A DNA stretch of 55,006 bases, from assembly GCA_023245355.1 (NCBI GenBank), contig JAHFKN010000003.1:1-55006 (forward strand). The letters run 5' to 3'. This DNA is from Candidatus Gottesmanbacteria bacterium (lineage in GTDB: Bacteria; Patescibacteriota; Microgenomatia; UBA10105; UBA927). The notes beneath the pieces are model-generated. The model was given only the letters and a program-made list of their open reading frames with translations, did no database searches and was not told where the DNA came from. The translations under genes were made by a program, and so were the position numbers. Of the stretch, positions 9,250 through 19,023 are shown in pieces. Position 1 is the stretch's first letter; every line of letters begins with the position of its first letter.

Positions 9250-10503
9250 TTACCGGAGATTGATAAGATATAGATTATTGACGGCAGAGGCTGCGCTGTT
9301 TAGGTTCGTTAAAATAACTAATTTTCCTCCCGAAGCCCAAGGCACGGCAAATGCGTCCCAGAATGGCCCTGCGTAGGCAGTTCTGCGGTTTGCGCCGTCA
9401 TAGTCCATAATTTCCACTTTGTCTTTCATGACGACGACAAGGTGCCGTGATGTCGGAAGCCAGTGAAGGACAGAGGATACGTCAAAGGGTAGTATGGGCG
9501 CTGTTTTGCTGACAGGAGTGGGGGCAAGGAGGTTGGATTTTGCCACCTGGTAGTTGCGGTCTTCTTTGATGTCATATACGTACACGGTACCAGGTACCAG
9601 CGTCCGTGTTTCTTCTGTCGGATTCGGTCCGATAAGCGCGGGGGTGATAATTTGAGGTAATACCGCTGCGGCGGTTGCTTCATAGAGAATTTTGGTTTCA
9701 TCGGGAGATAACGAGAGTAGTTTTGCAGACGCACTCGCCATGTCGGTAAACAGCTCGGGAACGGTGACTAATTGTTCTTTCATCCGCTGATCTTTGATCT
9801 TTTGCCAATTAGTTTGTAATAGTTTGATATTGGAAACGACCTCCGGATTTTCATTTGTCTGATCTGCAGCGAGAAGATAGTTTGTCAGAGGGGCTGTCGT
9901 TACCAATATTTCTTTGCTGTCAGGAGACCAGGTAAGTGTTGCTTTGGAGAAATTAACCGTGCCGGATTTTGCTACCTGGCGTGCATCACGGTTAAGTCCT
10001 AACGGTTTATCGACAATATCAAGTACCCATACGCCCGGCTTCGTACTGGCGAGCGCCGCGGATGTAGTGGCTGTTGTTTGATTCGGAATGATATATGCGA
10101 GTTTGGAACCATCCGGTGAAAGCGAAGGATTGACCACACCGCTTGCGGTAAGAGCCGTGAGACTCGGATTGATCGGCAGAAGGAGTGCCTCTGCTTTTGC
10201 CACGACCTCACCCTGCACTTTCATGCGTTTATGCCACGATTGAAATCCGTCTTTGGCAATGGTGACGTTATACCAGCCGGGAGGTAACGTGAGGGTTGCC
10301 TGCGTGGCGGTTTTTATTTTGTCGTCAATGATAATTTGGGCGCCTGATGGGTCTGATTGAAGTACAATGAGTCCGGTCGGTTGCACGGATCCGTCCGTGC
10401 GCAATCTGTATCCGCGTCCGTATGCAATAATGGAAGCGGCAACGCCGAGAATGATACATACAGTAACAAAAGGTATCAGAAATGATCGGATTTTTGCAGT
10501 CAT
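9250..10503 (-). CDS. Membrane-anchored PEGA-domain protein with TolB/PD40-like beta-propeller repeats
   Basis: N-terminal TM; PEGA signature (G.I.LQSDPSGAQI.ID...LPPGWY.V.I.KDGF..W); repeats SPDGSKLAY, WSPDSKEIL, SPDETKILY. Confidence 0.85.
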   Translation of the reverse strand: MTAKIRSFLIPFVTVCIILGVAASIIAYGRGYRLRTDGSVQPTGLIVLQSDPSGAQIIIDDKIKTATQATLTLPPGWYNVTIAKDGFQSWHKRMKVQGEVVAKAEALLLPINPSLTALTASGVVNPSLSPDGSKLAYIIPNQTTATTSAALASTKPGVWVLDIVDKPLGLNRDARQVAKSGTVNFSKATLTWSPDSKEILVTTAPLTNYLLAADQTNENPEVVSNIKLLQTNWQKIKDQRMKEQLVTVPELFTDMASASAKLLSLSPDETKILYEATAAAVLPQIITPALIGPNPTEETRTLVPGTVYVYDIKEDRNYQVAKSNLLAPTPVSKTAPILPFDVSSVLHWLPTSRHLVVVMKDKVEIMDYDGANRRTAYAGPFWDAFAVPWASGGKLVILTNLNSAASAVNNLYLINLR

Positions 10504-10560
10504 AAAATATACGAGGTGTAAGCCGCCATAGTATACCGCACATTATGATAGAATGCCATT

Positions 10561-11631
10561 ATGTTCGGTCTCACTAAGCGTCTCGGTATAGATTTAGGCA
10601 CGGCAAACTCCGTCGTTTGGTTGGCCGGTACCGGGGTAGTCCTCAATGAACCTACGGTAGTAGCCGTTACAACCGATGACGGGCGGGTTGTTGCCGTCGG
10701 CAATGAAGCCAAAGAAATGCTCGGCAGGACCCCTGGTAATATCATGGCAAGCCGGCCGATGCGTGACGGCGTGATCGCGGATTATCGTATCACGGAGGCG
10801 ATGCTTTCGCATTTTATCGACCGGGCGGTCGGCAGAAACCGTATTTTTAAGCCGGAAGTCATGATTTGCGTGCCTACCGGCGCCAGTCAGGTAGAGCGCA
10901 GGGCGGTAATAGACGCGACGCTGGCCGCAGGAGCGAAAGTTGCGTATCTCATCGAAGAACCTCTTGCTGCTGCAATCGGAGCGAAAATTCCCATTGCTCA
11001 GGCGAGCGGGCACATGATCGTCGATATGGGAGGGGGGAGTACAGAGGCCGCCGTGATCTCTTTAGGAGGCGTTGTGGTCCATAAAAGCGCGCGGGTGGCA
11101 GGAAATAAGCTTGATGAGGCGATAGCAAACTATGTCAAAAAGAATTTTAACCTCATAATCGGTGAACGGATGGCAGAGGCAATCAAAATTACGATCGGTG
11201 ACGCAGTAGAGCATAATCCGAAGCCGTCTGAGCTTTCCGATAAACGGGGGAAACCTGCAGCAGCCGGCAGTGAACCATCCATACATACCATGGAAGTGCG
11301 CGGTCGCGACGCGATAACCGGGTTGCCGCGGATTATCCAGTTAACACGGGCAGAAGTGACAGCCGCAATTGCACCGGTTTTACATCTTGTCATCAATGCC
11401 ATAAAAAGCGTGCTTGAGGAAACACCGCCTGAGCTTGCTGCCGATATTATAGACAAGGGAATCGTTATGGCCGGCGGGACCAGTTTACTTCGGAATTTTG
11501 ATAAATTGGTTACCCAAATGACCGGCGTACCGGCGCATATTGCCGATGAGCCGCTCCTTTGTGTAGTCCGGGGAACCGGCGTCGCGATAGAAAATATCGA
11601 ATTGTACAAGCGGAGTATTAGTAAGAAATAG
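10561..11631 (+). CDS. mreB: Rod shape-determining actin MreB/Mbl
   Basis: GIDLGTAN, EPTVVA, RPMRDGVIAD, EEPLAAAIGA, VDMGGGSTE, GERMAE, ETPPELAADI, GGTSLL. Confidence 0.96.
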   Translation: MFGLTKRLGIDLGTANSVVWLAGTGVVLNEPTVVAVTTDDGRVVAVGNEAKEMLGRTPGNIMASRPMRDGVIADYRITEAMLSHFIDRAVGRNRIFKPEVMICVPTGASQVERRAVIDATLAAGAKVAYLIEEPLAAAIGAKIPIAQASGHMIVDMGGGSTEAAVISLGGVVVHKSARVAGNKLDEAIANYVKKNFNLIIGERMAEAIKITIGDAVEHNPKPSELSDKRGKPAAAGSEPSIHTMEVRGRDAITGLPRIIQLTRAEVTAAIAPVLHLVINAIKSVLEETPPELAADIIDKGIVMAGGTSLLRNFDKLVTQMTGVPAHIADEPLLCVVRGTGVAIENIELYKRSISKK

Positions 11632-11839
11632 CCCCTAGTAATTAGCAATGTGAGTGAAATTGTCTAAAATCGGTGAAAATGCGGGAAATACAGAAATTTG
11701 CTAAAATACCTTATAGTTATTTTATCTCCACAAAGGAAACGGGATGAGTTTTATGGATATTTTGTATAGAGTTTTTTGTGTTCAATCTATAGAATTATTG
11801 CAAAAAAATATCAATTAATATTGTATTTCGTAAACTATT

Positions 11840-12703
11840 ATGAGCCTTGATTATCAGAAAATACTAAATATTCATATAACGACAGCCCCCAGGGAAGTAA
11901 TCCTAGAAGAAATTAAAAAGTACCTATTTCCGGGCGGAGACGGGACCGTCAAAAAAACAAAAAATAGTGTGAAACCCCTGGTTATCGTGACACCAAACCC
12001 CGAGCAAATCGTATTTGCACGGGTACACCCGTTATTTCGTGATATATTGAATCGGGCCGATGTGGCGCTCCCGGACGGAATAGGAATCATCGGAGCCAGC
12101 CGGTTTCTTTTTCCAAAGATGCGGGAAGGGGCGCAAAAGCCGATTACAGAGAGAATTCCCGGAGTGGAGTTTGTAGAGAGCCTGGCTGCGATAGCATCAA
12201 AGCGGGGCACCAGGATAGGACTTATAGGGGGTTCCGATGGTTTAGCAGTCAGGGCTTTAGAGTGCTTGCAGGCACGGTATCCGGGACTGACCGGCTGGGC
12301 AGAATCCGGTCCGGTACTGAAGCAGGACTCTCCGGCACAGATTGACGCACTTGGTAACGACTATTGGTCCGGGCTGGTTCGGAAAATCCGGACGCACCGT
12401 ATACAAATACTTTTTGTCGGCTTAGGAGCACCCAAACAGGAGTATGTTATAGACCGGCTGGTACGCGAATTTGAATCGGCAAAGATATCCGATCCCGTTG
12501 TCATGATGTCGGTAGGGGGGACATTTAATATTCTGGCGGGAACACTGAAGCGTGCACCACAAGTTGTTAGATCGATAGGGTTTGAGTGGTTTTGGCGGTT
12601 ACTTCAGGAACCATGGCGGTGGAAGCGGCAAATAGCGTTACTGCAGTTTGTCTGGTTGGTTTTGTATGAAAGATTTGTTTCCTCTCCCCGAAAGCGGGTA
12701 TAA
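11840..12703 (+). CDS. WecB/TagA/CpsF family glycosyltransferase (GT26)
   Basis: VTPNPE, LPDGIG, RIPGVE, FVGLGAPKQE, VGGTF, RAP, GFEWFWRLLQEPWRWKR. Confidence 0.95.
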   Translation: MSLDYQKILNIHITTAPREVILEEIKKYLFPGGDGTVKKTKNSVKPLVIVTPNPEQIVFARVHPLFRDILNRADVALPDGIGIIGASRFLFPKMREGAQKPITERIPGVEFVESLAAIASKRGTRIGLIGGSDGLAVRALECLQARYPGLTGWAESGPVLKQDSPAQIDALGNDYWSGLVRKIRTHRIQILFVGLGAPKQEYVIDRLVREFESAKISDPVVMMSVGGTFNILAGTLKRAPQVVRSIGFEWFWRLLQEPWRWKRQIALLQFVWLVLYERFVSSPRKRV

Positions 12704-12974
12704 CGTGTGAGACCAGTGTACAGAAGAAAGATCCGTATAAAGGACTTAGAGATGCAAACGTACATGGCATCAACATGCCGAACGTCGGGGACTCGGTGAG
12801 AAATAAAGCCCATAATTTCTTATTTATACATACATTGATATAGATAATATTATTCTGGTGTAGAAATAGTATTTTCAAGCCCGTCACTATATCTTATTCA
12901 TACTATTCTGATACACCTATATATCTGGTTCAGCAAGAATATTCATGATATACTTCCCGTTTGCCGGAGAGCAT

Positions 12975-13286
12975 ATGAATGTAAAATGTGAAAATATTTC
13001 GTGTCTGTTAAATCAGTTGGGTGACTGTTTCGGTGCGAAGTTTTTGAGCAGACAGCCCACAGCCTTACAAAGTGATGCATTTTGGCAATCTGCCGCAGAA
13101 GAAGAGAATGCGCGAAGGAAACCCATGAACACAGCTCCGGTACAGGCAGAATTTCTCCGCCGGGAGCATATCAAGGATACGCGTCATGCGTGGCAGGTGA
13201 CACGGAGAACACATTGCAGACGACAGGATCGCACTCTAAGGAACGCGCTCAAGGCGTACGATGTCGTAGCAACCCCGTATTTATAA
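12975..13286 (+). CDS. Hypothetical protein with DUF1540-like Cys motif
   Basis: GGAGA RBS; VKCENISCLLNQLGDC fits C-x4-C-x2-N-x4-C. Confidence 0.5.
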   Translation: MNVKCENISCLLNQLGDCFGAKFLSRQPTALQSDAFWQSAAEEENARRKPMNTAPVQAEFLRREHIKDTRHAWQVTRRTHCRRQDRTLRNALKAYDVVATPYL

Positions 13287-13296
13287 CTAACCTCCT

Positions 13297-13608
13297 ATGA
13301 CAACACGAGTCGCGTGCCACCAAGGAAAAGAACGAAGCGTTGTTATAGCCGGGTTATACAGGGAAGCGGGGCGCGATTGGGAATCATTTGACGGCGGCAT
13401 CGAACGGATGATCACATTGAGCGAAAGAGAGATACGACGGGAAATCAAGCGAAATGATGATGTGATTTTGATTTGCGAACCCTGGGGAAGTTGGGATCCT
13501 CAACTGAAAGCGGTAGAACAAGCCGAAGAGCTACTTGCCCGTGCGGGCCGGAGATACAGCCGGTCGACCACGACTGATCTGATGAAGGCATTGATAGGGA
13601 GACGATGA
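13297..13608 (+). CDS. Hypothetical protein with CX5RS loop (phosphatase/rhodanese-like)
   Basis: VACHQGKERS followed by a helix and F-D-G-G. Confidence 0.5.
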   Translation: MTTRVACHQGKERSVVIAGLYREAGRDWESFDGGIERMITLSEREIRREIKRNDDVILICEPWGSWDPQLKAVEQAEELLARAGRRYSRSTTTDLMKALIGRR

Positions 13609-13706
13609 ATACGGGAAACGCGGCGTTCATATGCGGTATTTACGCATGGTGTGTTACGACGATCTTCTTGTGAGTCGGGCAGGGTGTGAGGTATAATTAC
13701 GTGATC

Positions 13707-14921
13707 ATGCGGATCCTGTATTTACAGACGTTTCCGTTTTGGGGAAGCGGCTCGGGCACATACGCGAGGCATCTGGCTTCGGAAGTAGGCCGCCGTCACA
13801 AAGTCGCCATTCTTGCTCCTGATACCAGGCCTATCGAACGGGCCAAACTTTATTCCGTAACCTTACCGTTTCCCGTTGCGTTTACCGGACATCCCGAATG
13901 GCCGGACTGTAAACTCTATACGCAGCTTACCAACGATGAGATTTACCGTGTATATAAAGCACTGCTGGAGTCTGCAATAGCAGCAGTTGTGGATTTCAGA
14001 CCGGATATCATCCATGTACATCACGCGTTTCCGTTTTCGTGGGCAGCAGCATTTATCAAGGATTTTTATAATATTCCCTATGTCGTCACCATTCACGGTT
14101 CGGAATTACCGTCTATGGAAAAGGAAAAGCGGTTCACGAGAGCCACCTATTATGCCATGTATAGAGCCAAACAAATATTTCCTAACTCCGGGTATACCAG
14201 AGACTGGTTCCTTCGGATTTTTAAGGGTAATTTCCATGAGAAATGCCGGGTAATACCGGGAGGAGTCAACGTAGATAAATTCGTGTATTCTGAATCCGGC
14301 GCCAAGTCGGTCGATAAAGAGCTTCATTTACACGGAAAACCAGTGGTTGTATTTGCCGGAAAGCTGACGAAATATAAGGGCGTAGAATTTTTGGTGGGGG
14401 CTGCGAAACATATTCACGGAGAAATTGTAATTTTGGGTGACGGACCGGAGAAACAGCGTCTTCAGGAAAAGGCAACGCAGTTGGGACTCACGAATGTGCA
14501 TTGGGTGGGTCATTTGGGTGCGGGTATTAAAAAATTGGTGCCGTATTATTCCCGTGCAGACGTATTTGTCGCTCCCAGTGTCTGGGACGAGCCGTTAGGA
14601 CTGGTGATACTGGAGGCTATGGCCTGCCAGACGCCGGTTGTTGTTACCAGAAAAGGCGGAATTCCGCTTGCAGTGAAAGAAGGGTATAACGGGTTATTTG
14701 TCCGTGCACGGAACAGTGCTGAGATAGTAGAAAAGGTAAATAAACTTCTCGATAACACGCCGTTGCGGGATAAAATGGGTCAGAATGCCAGAAAATCGGT
14801 GGAAGAGAAATTTTCCTGGGAAACGATCGCGCATAAATTCGAACTTTCCTATATGAAGTATGCCAGGAAACCAAATGCCATAGCGGTTCCCGTCGCGGCG
14901 CCCCTGCCGTTAAAGAAATAA
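13707..14921 (+). CDS. GT4 glycosyltransferase
   Basis: PDIIHVHH, TIHG, FAGKL..YKG, DVFVAPSVWDEPLGLVILEAMACQTPVV. Confidence 0.95.
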   Translation: MRILYLQTFPFWGSGSGTYARHLASEVGRRHKVAILAPDTRPIERAKLYSVTLPFPVAFTGHPEWPDCKLYTQLTNDEIYRVYKALLESAIAAVVDFRPDIIHVHHAFPFSWAAAFIKDFYNIPYVVTIHGSELPSMEKEKRFTRATYYAMYRAKQIFPNSGYTRDWFLRIFKGNFHEKCRVIPGGVNVDKFVYSESGAKSVDKELHLHGKPVVVFAGKLTKYKGVEFLVGAAKHIHGEIVILGDGPEKQRLQEKATQLGLTNVHWVGHLGAGIKKLVPYYSRADVFVAPSVWDEPLGLVILEAMACQTPVVVTRKGGIPLAVKEGYNGLFVRARNSAEIVEKVNKLLDNTPLRDKMGQNARKSVEEKFSWETIAHKFELSYMKYARKPNAIAVPVAAPLPLKK

Positions 14922-14993
14922 CGCGCGGTAATGTACAAATAGACAATAGCGCGGTATAATAGCCTTTCTTATACATTCAGCTATACCAAAATT

Positions 14994-15227
14994 ATGCGGA
15001 AAACAGCACAGGAAGTACCGGGATATACGATCTACTACTCCGATCCGGGAGAGCTGGACGAAATTATGGCCCAAGGCCATGAATATGATGTCTATAAAAT
15101 AGGCTGGAATGGTCCCAACAGCGGAGCACGGCGTGTTATGTTCACGTCCGACGAGCGGGGCAACCGTCGATTTGAGCGGAAAATGCGCGCCCTCCAATTC
15201 GAAATTCAGGATATAGCGGCTGTCTGA
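14994..15227 (+). CDS. Small hypothetical protein
   Basis: 77-aa ORF between GT genes. Confidence 0.5.
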   Translation: MRKTAQEVPGYTIYYSDPGELDEIMAQGHEYDVYKIGWNGPNSGARRVMFTSDERGNRRFERKMRALQFEIQDIAAV

Positions 15228-15278
15228 TGCTTCTTTGCCGAGGATGATTTCTTTTCCCGTTTGACTTACACTAATAAT

Positions 15279-16361
15279 ATGAGAATTCTCATATTAGGGT
15301 CTGTCGCGCTTCCCGTGCCGCCGCCGATGCAGGGAGGGACGGAACGGATCGCATATTGGCAGGCGCGCGAGCTGGCAAAACGGGGGCACACGGTGACGCT
15401 TATTGCAGCAAAAGGTTCAAAGGCGGATCCCTCATATGCGCTGGTAGAAATCGGAGGCGGGGATACGGTTGCCGGTTCTTCCAATCATCTGCCGGAATCC
15501 GGTTCGTTTACCGAGGGGAGCCGGAATTTGCGGAAAGAGTTAATCTACATGACGCAGGTTGCCCAATGGATGCTGGATCATGGGAACGCATTCGACATGA
15601 TTCTCAATAATATGCGCGGCGGAGAATCCGTCTTGCTTCCGATTGCTGCACTTCTGAAGCTGCCGTTTGTCACTGTCATGCATTTACCGATATTTGACGG
15701 TCTTGCAGAGCAGTTCCGTTTCTACCGGACACCGGTGATTACTATCAGCAATGCCCAGCGGGCCGGATTTGACGGGATAACGTATGTCGGAACGGTATAT
15801 AACGCGGCGGATTTGGACGAATTGCCGTATCAGGAAAAACCCGGTGATTACCTGCTGATGATGGGGAGTATCGCTCCGCACAAAAATCAAAAAGACGGGA
15901 TATCGGTCGCCAAATCACTTGGGAAAAAAATTATTCTGGCCGGCAAAATCGGAAACCCCGCCTATTGGGAATCCGAAATAGTACCGCTTGTTGACGGGAA
16001 AAACGTCATACATACGGGTGAAATGGGTATCGCGGAAAAAGCAGCACTTCTGGGGGGCGCTGAAGCACTCCTGTTTCCTGTGGTATGGCCGGAGCCGTTC
16101 GGGCTCGTCATGATAGAAGCGCTTGCATGCGGTACGCCGGTAGTAGCATATGGGAACGGTGCGGTGCCTGAGGTCATCACACAGGGGAAGACCGGCTTTG
16201 TGGTTGACCAGTCGCAGGGCGTCGGGGGACTGGCGGTTGCCACGAAGCGTATCGGGGAGATCAGGCGCGCGGATTGCCGGGCAGAGGTAGAGAAGCGGTT
16301 TACGATCGCCCGGATGATTGATAGTCTGGAGCAAGCCCTGACTGCCGTCGTGCATTCATGA
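15279..16361 (+). CDS. GT4 glycosyltransferase
   Basis: VPPPMQGGTE, ISNAQR, WPEPFGLVMIEALACGTPVV, GKTGF. Confidence 0.95.
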   Translation: MRILILGSVALPVPPPMQGGTERIAYWQARELAKRGHTVTLIAAKGSKADPSYALVEIGGGDTVAGSSNHLPESGSFTEGSRNLRKELIYMTQVAQWMLDHGNAFDMILNNMRGGESVLLPIAALLKLPFVTVMHLPIFDGLAEQFRFYRTPVITISNAQRAGFDGITYVGTVYNAADLDELPYQEKPGDYLLMMGSIAPHKNQKDGISVAKSLGKKIILAGKIGNPAYWESEIVPLVDGKNVIHTGEMGIAEKAALLGGAEALLFPVVWPEPFGLVMIEALACGTPVVAYGNGAVPEVITQGKTGFVVDQSQGVGGLAVATKRIGEIRRADCRAEVEKRFTIARMIDSLEQALTAVVHS

Positions 16362-17213
16362 CCGGTCGAATCCCCGTAATGCAGTTCCCATCGAGCGCAG
16401 AATATATCCGGATTTTTCCCGGACAGTTGCCCTGTTGTAGCAATCATTGGTATGGATGTTCATGAGAATCAGCGGCCGGTCTGAGGCTTGAGTAAGTTCT
16501 GCTGCCCGTTTAGGGAGCCGAAGCATGGCTTCATTGAATGCAATCAGTTGCTGATAACTCATTTTTGAGCCGCGTGCGGATGATACGTCCGGTCTGGACT
16601 GCATGACAATGCCGATGTCTATATGGCGGATAAAGAGCTGTACTATCGCTATAACCTCAGAGAGTCGGGCAGGCTTTCCCGTGTGAAATTCCATCATATC
16701 GGCGAATGTGATTGCATGTAATAGATGCTGTTCATAAAACCGTAGGGTACTGCTCTGTTCCATTTCTCCTCCGTATGCGAGTTCAGACGCATGCGAATCG
16801 ATTCTTGAAGCTGCCCGCAGCAACCGGTATATATTGAGGTCTTCCCGTCTGTTGAGAGCAGGTAAATCAATCCGTCTGGGCTCGTTATAGACCACATGGG
16901 AAATATGCAGGTTCTTTAGTTGTCTGTCTGTCTCGCGGAGTATCGTGGACTTGAGTGATTTGGGAGGGCCGGGTATATCAGCAGTAGCCCAGGGGCGCAA
17001 TGCAGCTAAACGGCGTAATCTTCCTGCGGAATATGGGTATATTTCTCCCTGGTGGATGATAGTGATATGGTCGGTAGATTCACCGTCATGGAGTTTTGGG
17101 AGCCGGGCAAATACGCTGTCCCAATTTTCCGCCGGTCTCGGGAGCGGATACGGACGTGTACGTTTGAAGTCGGAAGTAACGCTTCTATACAATAATTTGA
17201 ACGTTTCCAGCAT
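16356..17213 (-). CDS. Hypothetical protein
   Basis: ~285-aa ORF with no competing gene; no motif recognised; start uncertain (up to 17264). Confidence 0.6.
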   Translation of the reverse strand: MLETFKLLYRSVTSDFKRTRPYPLPRPAENWDSVFARLPKLHDGESTDHITIIHQGEIYPYSAGRLRRLAALRPWATADIPGPPKSLKSTILRETDRQLKNLHISHVVYNEPRRIDLPALNRREDLNIYRLLRAASRIDSHASELAYGGEMEQSSTLRFYEQHLLHAITFADMMEFHTGKPARLSEVIAIVQLFIRHIDIGIVMQSRPDVSSARGSKMSYQQLIAFNEAMLRLPKRAAELTQASDRPLILMNIHTNDCYNRATVREKSGYILRSMGTALRGFDRS

Positions 17214-17349
17214 GGAGAATAGTTGCGGACAGAATATTGTCCAATATCCTATCACATATGTCACGTGATAGACAGATTAGGCCGGAAGGACGGCACATTA
17301 CACTCGTATCACATTGTTGTTCTGTAGTGTGGTACCATCAGGATTCTTT

Positions 17350-17583
17350 ATGGAACGGAAAGAACAACGGCGGCTTCATTTGCTTACCGGTCTTATGCGG
17401 GATGCTTCCGAATTTGAAGAAGAAGCAATAAAGATTGAAGTGTTTTTGGGCGGCAGATGGAAACGCCGCGTTATGGTACTCCCGAAGTGGCAAATAACTA
17501 TCATGCAGCAGCGTGGCGTGTATCATATGACGGATGATGACAAAGAGGAAATACAAGTGCGGTTAGCACGGAAGCCAAGGTGA
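17350..17583 (+). CDS. Small hypothetical protein
   Basis: ORF starting MERKEQRR. Confidence 0.45.
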   Translation: MERKEQRRLHLLTGLMRDASEFEEEAIKIEVFLGGRWKRRVMVLPKWQITIMQQRGVYHMTDDDKEEIQVRLARKPR

Positions 17584-17596
17584 GTTTACCTTGTTG

Positions 17597-17884
17597 TTAT
17601 AATCCCCACGGCGACCGATCTCCAGGAAGCGGCATTGCTCCAAGGGGGCCCTTAATGAGAAAAGAATCGGAATGTGTGCTGCGTCGCTGTCGTGGAAATT
17701 GGTTTTTGAAAATTCTCATTGCCTCACGGGCTGCGCGTCCCGATGGAAATGTAAGTTGAAGGGTTTCGTCTTTTTTAATCCAGTCCTCAAATGGCTGGAG
17801 ATCTTCAGGGAGTTCATGAGTGATAGTAAGAAATCCAACGTGGCGCTCATTTTTTAGTGAAATTTGCATGGTCGTTTGTGCCAT
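17597..17884 (-). CDS. Small hypothetical protein
   Basis: ORF starting MAQTTMQ with TATAAT upstream. Confidence 0.5.
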   Translation of the reverse strand: MAQTTMQISLKNERHVGFLTITHELPEDLQPFEDWIKKDETLQLTFPSGRAAREAMRIFKNQFPRQRRSTHSDSFLIKGPLGAMPLPGDRSPWGL

Positions 17885-17982
17885 AATAATCGCCTTTCTA
17901 TGCTTTATATTATATACCCATTTGGCAATAATTTGCTTCATATATGCTCACGTGCAGTATACGTACGTGTTATTATGAATAT

Positions 17983-19023
17983 ATGAAAATTGCTGTCCTT
18001 GCCCCGCCGTATTTACCGGTGCCACCGCCCCTCTACGGCGGAACAGAAAAAATAGTATCCCTCCTTACCGAAGGATTGGTTGCATCAGGCCACGATGTGA
18101 CGCTGTTTGCCAGCGGAGACAGTAAAACGGGCGCAACGCTTTCCTCGATATATCCTGCCGCATTGGGAAACAGCGGACTGACCAAAAGCGATACCAGCAA
18201 ACCATTGGCCCACTATCATGCATGTTATGCCCGGGCGGGCGAATTTGACATCATACACAGTCATGGGCAGTATTTGAGCTTGCCTGAAGCCGACGGTTTG
18301 AAAACCCCGGTTGTATTTACCTGGCACGGATCGTTTTATGAAGGGGAAACGACACCGGAAAAACGCGAAACGCTCAGAACCTACCGGCATCTTAACTACA
18401 TTTCCATATCCGATAATCAGCGCGGCGGGTTGCCGGAACTTCATTATGCGGCAACGGTATACAACGCACTCGATATAGCCGCCTATACATTTGTGGCAAC
18501 CCCCAGAGACTACCTTCTGTGGGTGGGTCGTGTAAGCCCCAAAAAAGGCGCGTTAGATGCGATTCTCGCCGCAAAACGGCTGGGTATCAGGCTTGAGATG
18601 GCTGCAGCGATAGACCCTATTGACCGCCCGTTCTTTGAGGAGAAGATTAAGCCGCTTATCGACGGAAAACAGATTATCTATCATGGTGAAGTAGGTCACG
18701 CCTCCCTTATCGAGTTATACGGAGGAGCAATCGCGACATTGTATCCTATTTCCTGGCATGAACCGTTTGGTTTGGTTATGGCAGAAAGTATGTCCTGTGG
18801 TACTCCGGTTGTTGCCTACAACATCGGTTCAATACCGGAGATAGTAAAAGATAGATTGACCGGCTTTGTTATAGATCAGTCACGAGGCGTAGATGGTCTT
18901 GTTGATGCGATCAAACGTATTGGTTCGATAGAACGCAAGGCATGCAGAACATACGCGGAAAAACGATTTCATAAGGACCGGATGGTAAAAGATTACGAAG
19001 CGGTGTATCGGAAATTTATATGA
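17983..19023 (+). CDS. GT4 glycosyltransferase
   Basis: VPPPLYGGTE, GHDVTLFASGDS, ISDNQR, WHEPFGLVMAESMSCGTPVV. Confidence 0.95.
   Translation: MKIAVLAPPYLPVPPPLYGGTEKIVSLLTEGLVASGHDVTLFASGDSKTGATLSSIYPAALGNSGLTKSDTSKPLAHYHACYARAGEFDIIHSHGQYLSLPEADGLKTPVVFTWHGSFYEGETTPEKRETLRTYRHLNYISISDNQRGGLPELHYAATVYNALDIAAYTFVATPRDYLLWVGRVSPKKGALDAILAAKRLGIRLEMAAAIDPIDRPFFEEKIKPLIDGKQIIYHGEVGHASLIELYGGAIATLYPISWHEPFGLVMAESMSCGTPVVAYNIGSIPEIVKDRLTGFVIDQSRGVDGLVDAIKRIGSIERKACRTYAEKRFHKDRMVKDYEAVYRKFI

Noticed and set aside
11212-11290. Insertion in MreB (HNPKPSEL...EPSIH) as an intein or mobile hairpin
   Set aside because: Too short for an intein, no splice residues and no clear palindrome; likely a variable loop.
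12567-12887. Minus-strand ORFs after the WecB/TagA gene
   Set aside because: They overlap the GT 3' end, are AT-rich and show no motif or clear start signal.
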